Of a stretch of DNA of 20,650 nucleotides, positions 1 through 8,572 are shown one piece after another. The notes under the pieces were generated by a model. That model was given only the letters and a program-made list of their open reading frames with translations, had not been told where the DNA came from and ran no database searches. Source of the stretch: Candidatus Heimdallarchaeota archaeon B3_Heim (GTDB lineage Archaea > Asgardarchaeota > Heimdallarchaeia > Hodarchaeales > Hodarchaeaceae); assembly GCA_003144275.1 (NCBI GenBank), contig NJBF01000051.1:1-20650 (forward strand). Reading direction: 5' to 3'. Within the stretch, counting starts at the first letter, position 1. Each line of letters begins with the position of its first letter. The position numbers and the translations under genes are program-made.

Positions 1-177
1 TCTAATAGATTGAATGATGACATTACACCGTTAAATATTGATATGTTGACAACAGCATGTCCTCTTTGTCAAATGAACTTTAGAATTACCGCAAAAAGAA
101 AATCAATACCATTAAAAGTTAATGATATTACAGAAATTGTCGGATCTGTATTGAAAACGACTCCTGGCAAACTTTAA
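1..177 (+). CDS. 3' end of a CCG-domain Fe-S protein (HdrD/HdrB/GlpC family), partial
   Basis: Frame 1 is open from base 1 to TAA at 175-177: ...IDMLTTACPLCQMNF...LKVNDITEIVGSVL. The TxCPxC plus DIxE pattern is typical of the end of a CCG domain. Not in the ORF track because the start lies outside the window. Confidence 0.7.
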   Translation, partial: SNRLNDDITPLNIDMLTTACPLCQMNFRITAKRKSIPLKVNDITEIVGSVLKTTPGKL

Positions 178-674
178 GTCGCTGTCAACAATTTTTGCAT
201 TAGTTCGGAAAATCTTTGAGCTGCAACTCTACGCTTATGAAAATTTATAGCGGTTCCTTCAATGAACTGAAGCGCTTTCGGTTCACAATTCTTAACACAC
301 AACGGATCTCCATCACAAAGGTCACATTTCGTAATTTTCCCATTTTTACTTATCATAACTCCACCAAAGGGACAATGTGTTACACAAAGTTTACAGCCTA
401 CACATAGATCATAATCAATCAGAATAGCTCCAGTAGTTTCATCCTTAAATACCGCTCCCATGGGACAAACGGTCTCACAAATTGGATCTTCACACTGCTG
501 ACAAACTATCGGTATATATAAACCTGAACTCTCCCATTTAATCACTTGAATTCGTGCATAAGTCGGATTACAAACTTTTTCGTGGTGAAGAGAACAGACG
601 GTTTCACAAATTCGACACCCAGAACAATTCTCAGGATTTATAAATAGAAATTTCTGCATTGTAAGATTCTCCAT
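174..674 (-). CDS. 4x[4Fe-4S] electron-transfer subunit (DmsB/CooF/AorA-like), small subunit of the adjacent AOR
   Basis: Four Cys motifs: CSGCRICETVC, CQQCEDPICETVC, CVGCKLCVTHC, CDLCDGDPLCVKNC. Starts 10 nt downstream of the aor stop. Confidence 0.9.
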   Translation of the reverse strand: MENLTMQKFLFINPENCSGCRICETVCSLHHEKVCNPTYARIQVIKWESSGLYIPIVCQQCEDPICETVCPMGAVFKDETTGAILIDYDLCVGCKLCVTHCPFGGVMISKNGKITKCDLCDGDPLCVKNCEPKALQFIEGTAINFHKRRVAAQRFSELMQKLLTAT

Positions 675-684
675 TTCAGATGTT

Positions 685-2568
685 TTATGACTGTTTATTT
701 TCTATTCCAAGCCTCTGAAGAGTTTCTTCACTAGGAACTCCATTATTATCCCATTTATGAAGAGAATAGTATTCATCAATTAGAGAATTGAATTTTTCTT
801 TTTCGATCTTCTTTCCTTTGATTATAGGAAGTCCCAAAGGTGTTGGTTCTTTAAAGAATCGCTCAGGTAATTTATCGTCTTTTCTGGAAAATCCTTCGCG
901 ATTATTAAACATTCGCTCAGTTGTTACTATTCTTTCGCCGATTTCCATAAGTTCGGGCTTTGAAATTTTCAGAGCAGAAGTATATTCAATAAGCTTAGAA
1001 AATTCTTCGAATTTAGGCGCATTTACAGCGCAAAAAACAGTTTGAAACTTGCATATGCCAATTGAATCTGTAACTGCATATAAGAGCTCCTGCCACCAGA
1101 CCATACGGCTTTTTCCTTTATATGATGTATAATCTGAAGACATTGGTGCACCATAAATCTCTTCCAAGAGTTCTTCTGGGAGTCCATAAAGATCTATGGC
1201 AGGACGACTTCTCAAGTGATCCGCACCTCGAGTAGAAGTCGCGATACCCAACGCTAAACTTGGTGTAGGACGTTCGTCGGAATGTAAATTACTCATGCCT
1301 TTAATTTGCATGGCATAATACTCTGATTCCTTCCCTATTTTTGCTATTGCTGGTAGAAAACCATCAGCAAGTATGTTCCCTAAATCACCTTCTCTCATAC
1401 TGATTCTTTTGATGAGCTCGAAAACAACCTCTTCATTCCCCCATTCAAGATTTAAGCCATCGGTCATCTTTTCTGAAAGTAACCCCTTCTCATTAAGCTC
1501 CATAATCCAAGCTATTATCCCACCAACTTCTAGTGTATCAATACCATACTTATTTACAAGATGATTGCCAATAAGAATGGTTTCCATTTTTTTACAATCA
1601 ACCATTGTGCCAAACGCCCCAAGTGAAGTGTATTCTGGACCTTCACCAAAAATAGGAGCGTAAGGGCCTTCTTTTAGTACATATCGGTGACGACAGTGAA
1701 CACTGCAACCATAACAACCAGACATTCCAATTGTATATTCATCCATTACTTCAGGCTCTAAGTTTTCGCCATCCTCGAGCAAATTAAGCTGAAAATTACG
1801 TGTTCTAATTAATCCAGTAGTATTTGTGTTGCTATAGATTATGAGTGTTCCCCATTTTGATTGGGCACGTGCCCATCGTGAGCTTGTAATTTGATTATTC
1901 ATCTCTGAACAATAATCTAGCAATTTGTCAGGATATGCAAATTCTACGTCCATAGTTCCTCGGGTAGCAACTGCTTTCAAGTTCTTTGATCCCATAACGC
2001 ATCCCATCCCTGTTCGTCCAGCAGCATTCTTCATCCCAGTTCTTACATTTGCATATCTAACAAGATTCTCTCCTGCCTTGCCTATTACTAAACTCTTAAT
2101 CTGTTCATCATTGTGATCGGATCGGATTTGGTCTTGGGTTTCAAAGGTATCTTTCCCCCATAAATGGGTTGCATCATGAATTGATACTTCTCCATCATTT
2201 ATCCAAACATAACTTGGTTTTTCAGCTTTCCCAGTAATCATTAAATGATCAAAACCCGCGAATCTCAACTCAGGAGCAAAAAACCCCCCTATATTCGAAT
2301 CCCCAACTGCACCCGTTAAAGGTGATTTTGCTGCAATGTCACACCTTCCAGCACCTAGAGCTGGAATTCCTGTAAGTAAACCACTTCCTATGAGTAATAG
2401 ATTTTCAGGACCTAAGGGATCAATTCCAGCTTTGAGGTTATGATAGAGGTGGTACATATTTAGTCCTCTCCCGCCCAAGAATTGTTTCCGAAGGGATTTA
2501 GAAATTTCTTTTGTTTTTACCTTCCCCGTTGTTAGATTAATATACGCGATTTTCCTATTCCAGACCAT
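685..2568 (-). CDS. aor: tungsten-dependent aldehyde:ferredoxin oxidoreductase family protein (AOR/WOR)
   Basis: 627 aa with LGGRG, KSPLTG, GENLVRYA, GRTGMGCVMGSKNLKA, the Fe-S motif CYGCSVHC plus GICKF, GPEY, RGADHL and a C-terminal W-x3-GVP. GAGG RBS upstream. Confidence 0.93.
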   Translation of the reverse strand: MVWNRKIAYINLTTGKVKTKEISKSLRKQFLGGRGLNMYHLYHNLKAGIDPLGPENLLLIGSGLLTGIPALGAGRCDIAAKSPLTGAVGDSNIGGFFAPELRFAGFDHLMITGKAEKPSYVWINDGEVSIHDATHLWGKDTFETQDQIRSDHNDEQIKSLVIGKAGENLVRYANVRTGMKNAAGRTGMGCVMGSKNLKAVATRGTMDVEFAYPDKLLDYCSEMNNQITSSRWARAQSKWGTLIIYSNTNTTGLIRTRNFQLNLLEDGENLEPEVMDEYTIGMSGCYGCSVHCRHRYVLKEGPYAPIFGEGPEYTSLGAFGTMVDCKKMETILIGNHLVNKYGIDTLEVGGIIAWIMELNEKGLLSEKMTDGLNLEWGNEEVVFELIKRISMREGDLGNILADGFLPAIAKIGKESEYYAMQIKGMSNLHSDERPTPSLALGIATSTRGADHLRSRPAIDLYGLPEELLEEIYGAPMSSDYTSYKGKSRMVWWQELLYAVTDSIGICKFQTVFCAVNAPKFEEFSKLIEYTSALKISKPELMEIGERIVTTERMFNNREGFSRKDDKLPERFFKEPTPLGLPIIKGKKIEKEKFNSLIDEYYSLHKWDNNGVPSEETLQRLGIENKQS

Positions 2569-2587
2569 AGTAATAACCTCGAACGAT

Positions 2588-2734
2588 TTATTTTGCTAAA
2601 CCACGAATCTTTGGTTGATCTGGCTTGGGCCAAGAAATTCTATATTGAGTATTACATTGGGGGCATTCAGCTTTTTCACTATTAAATTTAACTTGAAATC
2701 TTTTCATACAATTTAAGCATCTGACTTCATTCAT
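2588..2734 (-). CDS. 48-aa CxxC-x14-CxxC zinc-ribbon/rubredoxin-like protein
   Basis: Manual translation: MNEVRCLNCMKRFQVKFNSEKAECPQCNTQYRISWPKPDQPKIRGLAK*. AGGTG RBS upstream of the ATG. It fills the moaD-aor gap with 15-nt and 19-nt spacers. Confidence 0.85.
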   Translation of the reverse strand: MNEVRCLNCMKRFQVKFNSEKAECPQCNTQYRISWPKPDQPKIRGLAK

Positions 2735-2749
2735 TGTAACAACACCTGT

Positions 2750-3034
2750 TTAACCGCCACCTACAGGAAGACTGAATATCAAAACATCTTTATCTTTTAT
2801 TTTCTCATCAGTATCTCTAATTCCTTTTCCATTCAACATCACAAGAATATCGTTAGAAATTTTACCTGTTTGAGAGTTAATAACGTTATGAAAATCATTA
2901 CCGTACTTTTTCACTAAACGTGTTAAAATTCTTTCAAAAGTACATTCTTCACTTATTTCTTCAATGATTTTCCTTTTTTTAGTAATTTGTCTGAAAGATG
3001 CATGAAATAAGATTTCAATACTACCTTTCATCAT
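2750..3034 (-). CDS. moaD: MoaD/ThiS/SAMP-family ubiquitin-like sulfur carrier
   Basis: Beta-grasp pattern (ILFHASFRQIT, VMLNGKGI, DVLIFSLPVGGG) with C-terminal di-glycine. ATG at 3034/3031 preferred over the TTG at 3064. Leads the AOR operon, consistent with a pterin-cofactor sulfur carrier. Confidence 0.85.
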   Translation of the reverse strand: MMKGSIEILFHASFRQITKKRKIIEEISEECTFERILTRLVKKYGNDFHNVINSQTGKISNDILVMLNGKGIRDTDEKIKDKDVLIFSLPVGGG

Positions 3035-3094
3035 AATATTCAATCTCGTAGTAATAATCTTCAAAGGTATTATTCTCGTTCTTCATGTTTTTTA

Positions 3095-3110
3095 TTTTAT
3101 ATGCTTTTAT
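3095..3110 (-). promoter_or_regulatory. candidate archaeal BRE/TATA box for the moaD-aor operon
   Basis: Minus strand reads ATAAAAGCA-TATAAAA about 60 nt upstream of the moaD ATG. The region is AT-rich, so a chance match is possible. Confidence 0.4.
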
Positions 3111-3140
3111 TTGAATTCTGAATTAAGTAATTATATGGTA

Positions 3141-3151
3141 TCACATAGTGA
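3141..3151. promoter_or_regulatory. short palindrome TCAC-N3-GTGA, candidate operator in the divergent promoter
   Basis: tcacatagtga lies between the two divergent TATA candidates. Confidence 0.3.
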
Positions 3152-3170
3152 ACTCTGAGCAGCCACAAGG

Positions 3171-3180
3171 TATATATATA
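3171..3180 (+). promoter_or_regulatory. candidate TATA box for the DUF2080-GNAT-bzd operon
   Basis: TATATATATA upstream of the first operon gene. Self-complementary, so it could act on either strand. Confidence 0.45.
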
Positions 3181-3264
3181 GTAATACTTGCGAATATCTG
3201 AGAGATTTTGGAGGGTTCATTTATACTAAACACTCCCAAAAAACAGCCAAAGCATTTAGTAAGA

Positions 3265-3462
3265 ATGGTGAATAACGTGATCGAGCTAGTAGAAGAGCTT
3301 CCATCGGAATTAAAGGTTACTGGATTTGAAATGATAGAACGTGAGGTTAAACAAAGTGGAAATACAGGCCGCGTCTATTTGCCAAAAAATTGGATTGGAT
3401 CTACCGTCAAGATTATACGAGTTTCGAAAAGAAAAGGAGTATCAAGACAAACGAAGGACTGA
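3265..3462 (+). CDS. DUF2080-family small protein (AbrB-like fold inferred)
   Basis: EMIEREVKQSGNTGRVYLPKNWIGSTVKIIRV matches the DUF2080 pattern VKxxGNxGRVYLPxxWxGxxVKII. ATG 3265 gives 65 aa; the ORF track uses TTG 3208. Confidence 0.8.
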   Translation: MVNNVIELVEELPSELKVTGFEMIEREVKQSGNTGRVYLPKNWIGSTVKIIRVSKRKGVSRQTKD

Positions 3463-3480
3463 AACACATAATTTTGTGAG

Positions 3481-3930
3481 ATGATCATTCTGAATATACG
3501 GAAAAAAATTAGTATTAGGAAAATGAAGGAATCTGACATCAATTCAATTATCTCTCTTGATGAAGTCATTTCTGGAAAATCCCGATCTGAAATGTGGATA
3601 TCTGAACTACACCATTATCTTAAAAACAACAGTATTGGTCTTGTTGCAGAAATTCAGGAGCAGGTAATAGGATTTATGATTGGAACAATCCATCCTTGGT
3701 TATTTGGTATCGAAAACGGAGGATGGATCGAAATTCTTGGAGTTGATCCGAAGCACACTGCTAAGGGAGTAGGAAAAAAACTTGGAGAAAAGCTTCTCGA
3801 AGATTTCAAATCACGAGGGATAAAAGTTGTCCATACAACTGTTGAGTGGACATCCAGCGATTTACTTGAATTTTTTCATACACTTGGAATGACCAAAAGC
3901 GACTATATTACTTTAATGAAGGAATTATGA
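3481..3930 (+). CDS. GNAT-family acetyltransferase-fold protein
   Basis: IRKMKESD, LVAE...VIGF, WIEILGVDP-x3-AKGVGKKL (motif A) and FFxxLG; 149 aa. Confidence 0.88.
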   Translation: MIILNIRKKISIRKMKESDINSIISLDEVISGKSRSEMWISELHHYLKNNSIGLVAEIQEQVIGFMIGTIHPWLFGIENGGWIEILGVDPKHTAKGVGKKLGEKLLEDFKSRGIKVVHTTVEWTSSDLLEFFHTLGMTKSDYITLMKEL

Positions 3931-4007
3931 AATTAAAACAATACCAAACTGAAGAAAAAGAAAGTATGTGTATCAGATTGATTTCTTGATCTAAAGGTGT
4001 TTGAATC

Positions 4008-5159
4008 ATGCAACTTGTACAAAAAGAAGAAAATAATTTTTTCAACCAATTCAAGGATTGGTACGAAGATCGACATGAGTATGCAAAGGCTTGGAAAGAA
4101 CGCACTGGGGGAAAGGTGATAGGATATTTCTGTACCTACGTACCCGAAGAAATTCTTTATGCCGCAAACATACTTCCAGTCCGTATTTTAGGAAGTCATG
4201 AACCACAGGATGTTACAGAACCACATATTTTCGCGATGTTCTGTCCGTTTTGTCGCGATTGCCTTGCACAAGGATTGAAAGGCCGTTTTGACTATCTAGA
4301 TGGAATAATGATCGCTCAAAGCTGTCTTCACATCAGACAGGCATATACAAGCTGGGATCTCCATATTCCCACAGATTATAGTTACTACCTACCTCATCCA
4401 ATGCATGTCCAGAGTCCTCATGCTATTCCTTACCTAAAGGATGAGTTGATTCAATTCAAAAAATCTCTAGAAAAATGGATTGGTCATCCTATCACTGAGA
4501 AGGACTTAAAAAATGGTAGTGAACTAATGAACAAAAATCGACGCTTGATGAATCAAGTGTATGAGCTTAGAAAAAAACCCAACCCACCCCTTACAGGATT
4601 AGAAGCAATGTACATGGTAGTATCAAGTCAAATGATAGATAAGGAAGAACATAACAGTGAGTTGGAGGTGCTTCTTCAAAAGCTACCTTCACGTGATATA
4701 GGTGATCCTGGAGAAAGGCTAATAATCATAGGGTCTGAAGATGACGATACAAAGTTTATAGAAATGGTGGAAGATCTAGGAGCAACATTTGTTACTGACG
4801 ATCATTGCACAGGTACTCGTTATTTCCAAGAAGAAGTGAATCCATCAGAAGATTTAATGACTGCAATTGCAGAACGATATGTAAAACGCGTACCATGCCC
4901 GTCTAAAGATTGGCCTAAACGCACTAGACTTGATCATATTATGCGAATGAGTAAGGAATATTCAGTTCAAGGGGCCATATTGATACAACAGAAATTTTGT
5001 GATCCACACGAATTGGATACACCCGCAATAAAAGAAAAACTAGAAGATAAGGGAATTTCAACTTTATTCCTTGAGTTTGATGTTACTGTGCCAATTGGTC
5101 AATTCAAAACCCGTGTTGAGGCATTTCTTGAAATATTACGAGAGGAGGATTTATTTTAG
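4008..5159 (+). CDS. bzdN: benzoyl-CoA reductase, bzd-type, subunit N
   Basis: [51 protein letters not shown] and LFLEFD...LF closely match Azoarcus-type BzdN as recalled. First gene of the N-O-P-Q order. Confidence 0.93.
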   Translation: MQLVQKEENNFFNQFKDWYEDRHEYAKAWKERTGGKVIGYFCTYVPEEILYAANILPVRILGSHEPQDVTEPHIFAMFCPFCRDCLAQGLKGRFDYLDGIMIAQSCLHIRQAYTSWDLHIPTDYSYYLPHPMHVQSPHAIPYLKDELIQFKKSLEKWIGHPITEKDLKNGSELMNKNRRLMNQVYELRKKPNPPLTGLEAMYMVVSSQMIDKEEHNSELEVLLQKLPSRDIGDPGERLIIIGSEDDDTKFIEMVEDLGATFVTDDHCTGTRYFQEEVNPSEDLMTAIAERYVKRVPCPSKDWPKRTRLDHIMRMSKEYSVQGAILIQQKFCDPHELDTPAIKEKLEDKGISTLFLEFDVTVPIGQFKTRVEAFLEILREEDLF

Positions 5160-5167
5160 GAGGAAAT

Positions 5168-6484
5168 ATGATGAGTAAAGCAAAATACCCAAGTGAGAAA
5201 TTGAAAAGCTGGGGAAAAGCGAAGATTCTGCGTGAGAATTATTATAGAGACTTCGCAGAAGCCCATGATAAGGGTGGAATACGCTGGGCTGGAGGGGCTT
5301 GGTCTTTCGATGCTATTCCTGCCGGATTGGGTGAAGATGTATGGTGCTTAACAGGGGAGCCTTATGGCGCAACTATTGCCTTTAATAAAGACTTAGCTTT
5401 AGAATGTCAAGAAGCTATCGAAACCAAAGGATATGCAAGAGACCTATGTTCATATATGCGAAATTATTGGGGATCGATTATTCTAAACAAATACGCCTGG
5501 CCACAATTCTCAGAGGAATTTCCAAAGCCTGATTTTATGTGGCAAGATCACATTTGCTGCTCACATGCTAAATGGTATCAGGTTGCTAGTGATCTTGAAG
5601 GAGGGATTCCCATGTATAGCATTGATGTATCAGTGGGCCCTTATGAAGAACTAACCGAAAGTAGAATTAATTATGTTGTAGGACAAATGCATGATGGAAT
5701 AAAATGGCTCGAAAAACAAACTGGTAGAGATTACGATGATGAACTCCTCATCAAAGCAGTTCACAACGAATTTCGGAGTTGTCATTACTGGGCAGCTATT
5801 TGTGAGCTTAATAAAACAATACCTGCGCCGTTAGATGAAAAAACAATGTATGCTTTATACGTTCTAGGTACATTAAGAAAATCTTCACAATGGACTGCCG
5901 ATTTCTATGAGAAAGAGCTATATCCTGAAGTTAAAAGTCGAGTAGAGAGAGGAATTGCTGCTGTAGAAAACGAACAATGTCGTATTATGACCGATACCCA
6001 ACCTCCATGGGCATTCCTTAAAGTTTTTCGGTATATGGAGAAATATGGTTGTGTATCAATAGGAAGTCTTTATACTTTCTCACTCATTGGATTGTGGGAA
6101 GATAGGGAAGATGGGACATGGGGTCCAAGAGCTATTCCTGAAATTGAGATATCAAATCGCGATGAAGCCCTACGAGCTCTTGCAAAGTGGAATTTAAGTA
6201 AACCTGAATGGCAACATTTCTATCATCCCAAATTGAAATCTGAGATGATGATTCGGATTGCACGCGAATGGAAGCTTAATGGAGCTCTATTACACTTTAA
6301 TAGGGGTTGTGAAGGGCTAAGTCTAGGAATTGCTGAAAATCGTTTGGCGATTCAAAAGGCTGGATTTCCAGTAATGCCATTTGAAGGAAATATGGGTGAT
6401 GAAAGAGAATTCGATCTTACCAGGACAATGACTCGGATAGATGCATTCATGGAAAGCCTCGGAATAAAGAAATTAGTGGATTAA
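5168..6484 (+). CDS. bzdO: benzoyl-CoA reductase, bzd-type, subunit O (catalytic)
   Basis: [76 protein letters not shown]. Confidence 0.94.
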   Translation: MMSKAKYPSEKLKSWGKAKILRENYYRDFAEAHDKGGIRWAGGAWSFDAIPAGLGEDVWCLTGEPYGATIAFNKDLALECQEAIETKGYARDLCSYMRNYWGSIILNKYAWPQFSEEFPKPDFMWQDHICCSHAKWYQVASDLEGGIPMYSIDVSVGPYEELTESRINYVVGQMHDGIKWLEKQTGRDYDDELLIKAVHNEFRSCHYWAAICELNKTIPAPLDEKTMYALYVLGTLRKSSQWTADFYEKELYPEVKSRVERGIAAVENEQCRIMTDTQPPWAFLKVFRYMEKYGCVSIGSLYTFSLIGLWEDREDGTWGPRAIPEIEISNRDEALRALAKWNLSKPEWQHFYHPKLKSEMMIRIAREWKLNGALLHFNRGCEGLSLGIAENRLAIQKAGFPVMPFEGNMGDEREFDLTRTMTRIDAFMESLGIKKLVD

Positions 6485-6499
6485 ATGTGGAGAATTCTT

Positions 6500-7288
6500 A
6501 TGACAGTAATTGGAATTGATTTAGGAGCAAAAAATACAAAAGTTGTGATATTGAGAGAAGGTGAAATTCTGACAACTGCCTCGGCCTTAAGTGGATTTGA
6601 TCAAAAAGCTTCTGCAGATGAAGCAGTAAACAACGCATTAAAAAGTGTTGGAATAGCTCGAGATGAAATTAAACACATCACAGCAACAGGAGCTGGAATG
6701 GACGCCATTACTTTTGCAAATGATACAGTCACTGAAATTAGCGCAAATGCACGTGGAATATTCACAGTTTTTCCTTCCGTACGTACCGTGATAGATGTAG
6801 GAGCTGAAGAAGGACGAGCTATTCGCTTAAATGATGATGGAAAAGTTGTAGATTTTGGGATAAATGAAAAATGCGCTGCAGGTGCAGGTGCTTTCACAGA
6901 AGCCATGGCAAGAGCTTTGGAAGTAGAACTGGAAAAAATGGGAGAAATGTCCTTGAAATCCACAAAAGCAGTTCCTATGAACGCTCAATGTACTATTTTC
7001 GCAGAATCAGAAGTAGTCTCATTAATCCACCAAAAAACACCGAAAGAAGATATTATTCGAGCAGTACATGACGCTATTGCCGATCGAATTACTAGCATGG
7101 CTCGTAGAGTCGGTATTGAGAAAGAAGTGGCTCTGAGCGGGGGGGTTGCTAACAATATTGGTTTTGTCAATTCAATGACACGTAACCTTGGATATGATCT
7201 TCTGGTGCCCAGAGATCCCGTAATGCCAGAATTTATTCCAGCTTATGGAGCTGCTCTTTTAGCTCAAGATAAATTGAATGGAGGATAA
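6500..7288 (+). CDS. bzdP: benzoyl-CoA reductase, bzd-type, ATPase/activator subunit P
   Basis: ASKHA activase motifs GIDLG, TVIDVGAEE, NEKCAAGAG and CTIFAESEV. ATG 6500 has GGAG upstream; the track starts at 6485. Confidence 0.9.
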   Translation: MTVIGIDLGAKNTKVVILREGEILTTASALSGFDQKASADEAVNNALKSVGIARDEIKHITATGAGMDAITFANDTVTEISANARGIFTVFPSVRTVIDVGAEEGRAIRLNDDGKVVDFGINEKCAAGAGAFTEAMARALEVELEKMGEMSLKSTKAVPMNAQCTIFAESEVVSLIHQKTPKEDIIRAVHDAIADRITSMARRVGIEKEVALSGGVANNIGFVNSMTRNLGYDLLVPRDPVMPEFIPAYGAALLAQDKLNGG

Positions 7289-7292
7289 AAAC

Positions 7293-8174
7293 ATGGCTAA
7301 TTCGGAAAGTAAAGAGTATTGGAGATGGACTGAATCGCGTTGGACCAATCCAGATCTTGATTGGAAAAACGGAGATATAATTTCCGCAGGAGTAGATGTA
7401 GGTTCAGTTAGTACACAATCGGTTGTGATGGTTGATGGCGAAATATTCTGTTATGCGAATATGAGAACTGGAAGTGATAGTCCAGATAGTGCAAATAATT
7501 CAATGAATTGGGCACTAGATGGGACTGGTCTTCCATTGGATAAAATTGAATATGCTGTCGGTACAGGTTATGGCCGTGTAAATGTACCTTTCGCAAAAAG
7601 AGCCCTCACAGAAATTGCCTGCCATGCTCGTGGGGCTAATTTTATGTATGGTCCTTCAATTCGTACAGTATTAGACATGGGAGGCCAAGATTGTAAAGCA
7701 ATACGTTGTGACAATCGAGGTAAAGTGACTGCATTTCTAATGAATGATAAATGCGCAGCAGGAACAGGAAGAGGTATGGAAGTGTTTGCAGATCTTCTTC
7801 AGATCCATATTAATGATGTAGGACAAATGTCTTTAGTTGATGAAGAACCAGAACCAGTAAGTAGTACTTGTGTTGTTTTTGCTAAATCTGAAGCAGTTGC
7901 TTTGTTACGAAAAGGTTGGACTAAAGAAACGGTCTTAGCTGCTTATTGCGGAGCGATGGCTCATCGAGTAGTGACCCTTTTAGAACGACTTGGAGTAGAA
8001 AATGATTTCGCTATAACTGGAGGAATTGCGAAGAATATTGGTGTCGTTTCTCGAATTGAAGAAGAATTAAAGATAACTGCTCCCGAACCAAGTATTGATC
8101 CACAGCTTGCTGGTGCAATAGGTGGTGCTTTGTTTGGGAAAGCTCTGGTTGAAAAAGCTAAAAAAAAGGCTTAA
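7293..8174 (+). CDS. bzdQ: benzoyl-CoA reductase, bzd-type, ATPase/activator subunit Q
   Basis: N-terminal YWRWTESRWTNPDLDW typical of BzdQ; GVDVGS, GTGYGR, DMGGQDCK, NDKCAAGTG, CVVFAKSE. ATG 7293 follows GGAGGA; the track starts at 7278. Confidence 0.93.
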   Translation: MANSESKEYWRWTESRWTNPDLDWKNGDIISAGVDVGSVSTQSVVMVDGEIFCYANMRTGSDSPDSANNSMNWALDGTGLPLDKIEYAVGTGYGRVNVPFAKRALTEIACHARGANFMYGPSIRTVLDMGGQDCKAIRCDNRGKVTAFLMNDKCAAGTGRGMEVFADLLQIHINDVGQMSLVDEEPEPVSSTCVVFAKSEAVALLRKGWTKETVLAAYCGAMAHRVVTLLERLGVENDFAITGGIAKNIGVVSRIEEELKITAPEPSIDPQLAGAIGGALFGKALVEKAKKKA

Positions 8175-8212
8175 AAAACTGCATACAATTTGTAAAGTAA
8201 AGTGAGTAAAAA

Positions 8213-8500
8213 ATGAAGGCAAATTATGGCTATAAAGACGGTTCGGGAGAATATTATATTACTATCGAAACCGAACTCTGCAATGGATGTGCTAAATGTG
8301 TCGAAGCCTGCCCTGAAAATGTCTTAGAAGTAGTTGAAAATGAGATGGATCCTTTAGCGGAGGATCTCGTTGCAAGGGTTTCTGATGAGCATCGTAAGAA
8401 AATTAAATATTCCTGTGCTCCTTGTAAACCTACTATGGGCCCCATAGAACTTCCTTGTGTCCAAATTTGTGAACCTAGTGCTATTACACATTCATGGTGA
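8213..8500 (+). CDS. bzdM: 2x[4Fe-4S] ferredoxin, BzdM type
   Basis: ANYGYKDGSGEY N-terminus, CNGCAKCVEACP and CAPC-x9-CVQIC; directly after bzdQ. Confidence 0.8.
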   Translation: MKANYGYKDGSGEYYITIETELCNGCAKCVEACPENVLEVVENEMDPLAEDLVARVSDEHRKKIKYSCAPCKPTMGPIELPCVQICEPSAITHSW

Positions 8501-8572
8501 ATTTTCAGTAATCTTAATCCAATTGTGTCTATTTGTCAATGGAATGAAAAAGAAAGTTATGGGGCTTCAAAA

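Noticed and set aside
685-2568. AOR as BamB, i.e. a class II benzoyl-CoA reductase with BamC-like (174-674) and BamD-like (1-177) neighbours
   Set aside because: It has the ordinary AOR GPEY Glu and GADH His motifs rather than the Cys-ligated tungsten-site region I recall for BamB, the CCG gene is convergent, and no bamE-I genes are present. A phylogeny would settle it.
3265-3462. DUF2080 as evidence of a transposon
   Set aside because: No transposase, terminal inverted repeats or target duplication nearby; the gene sits inside an operon.
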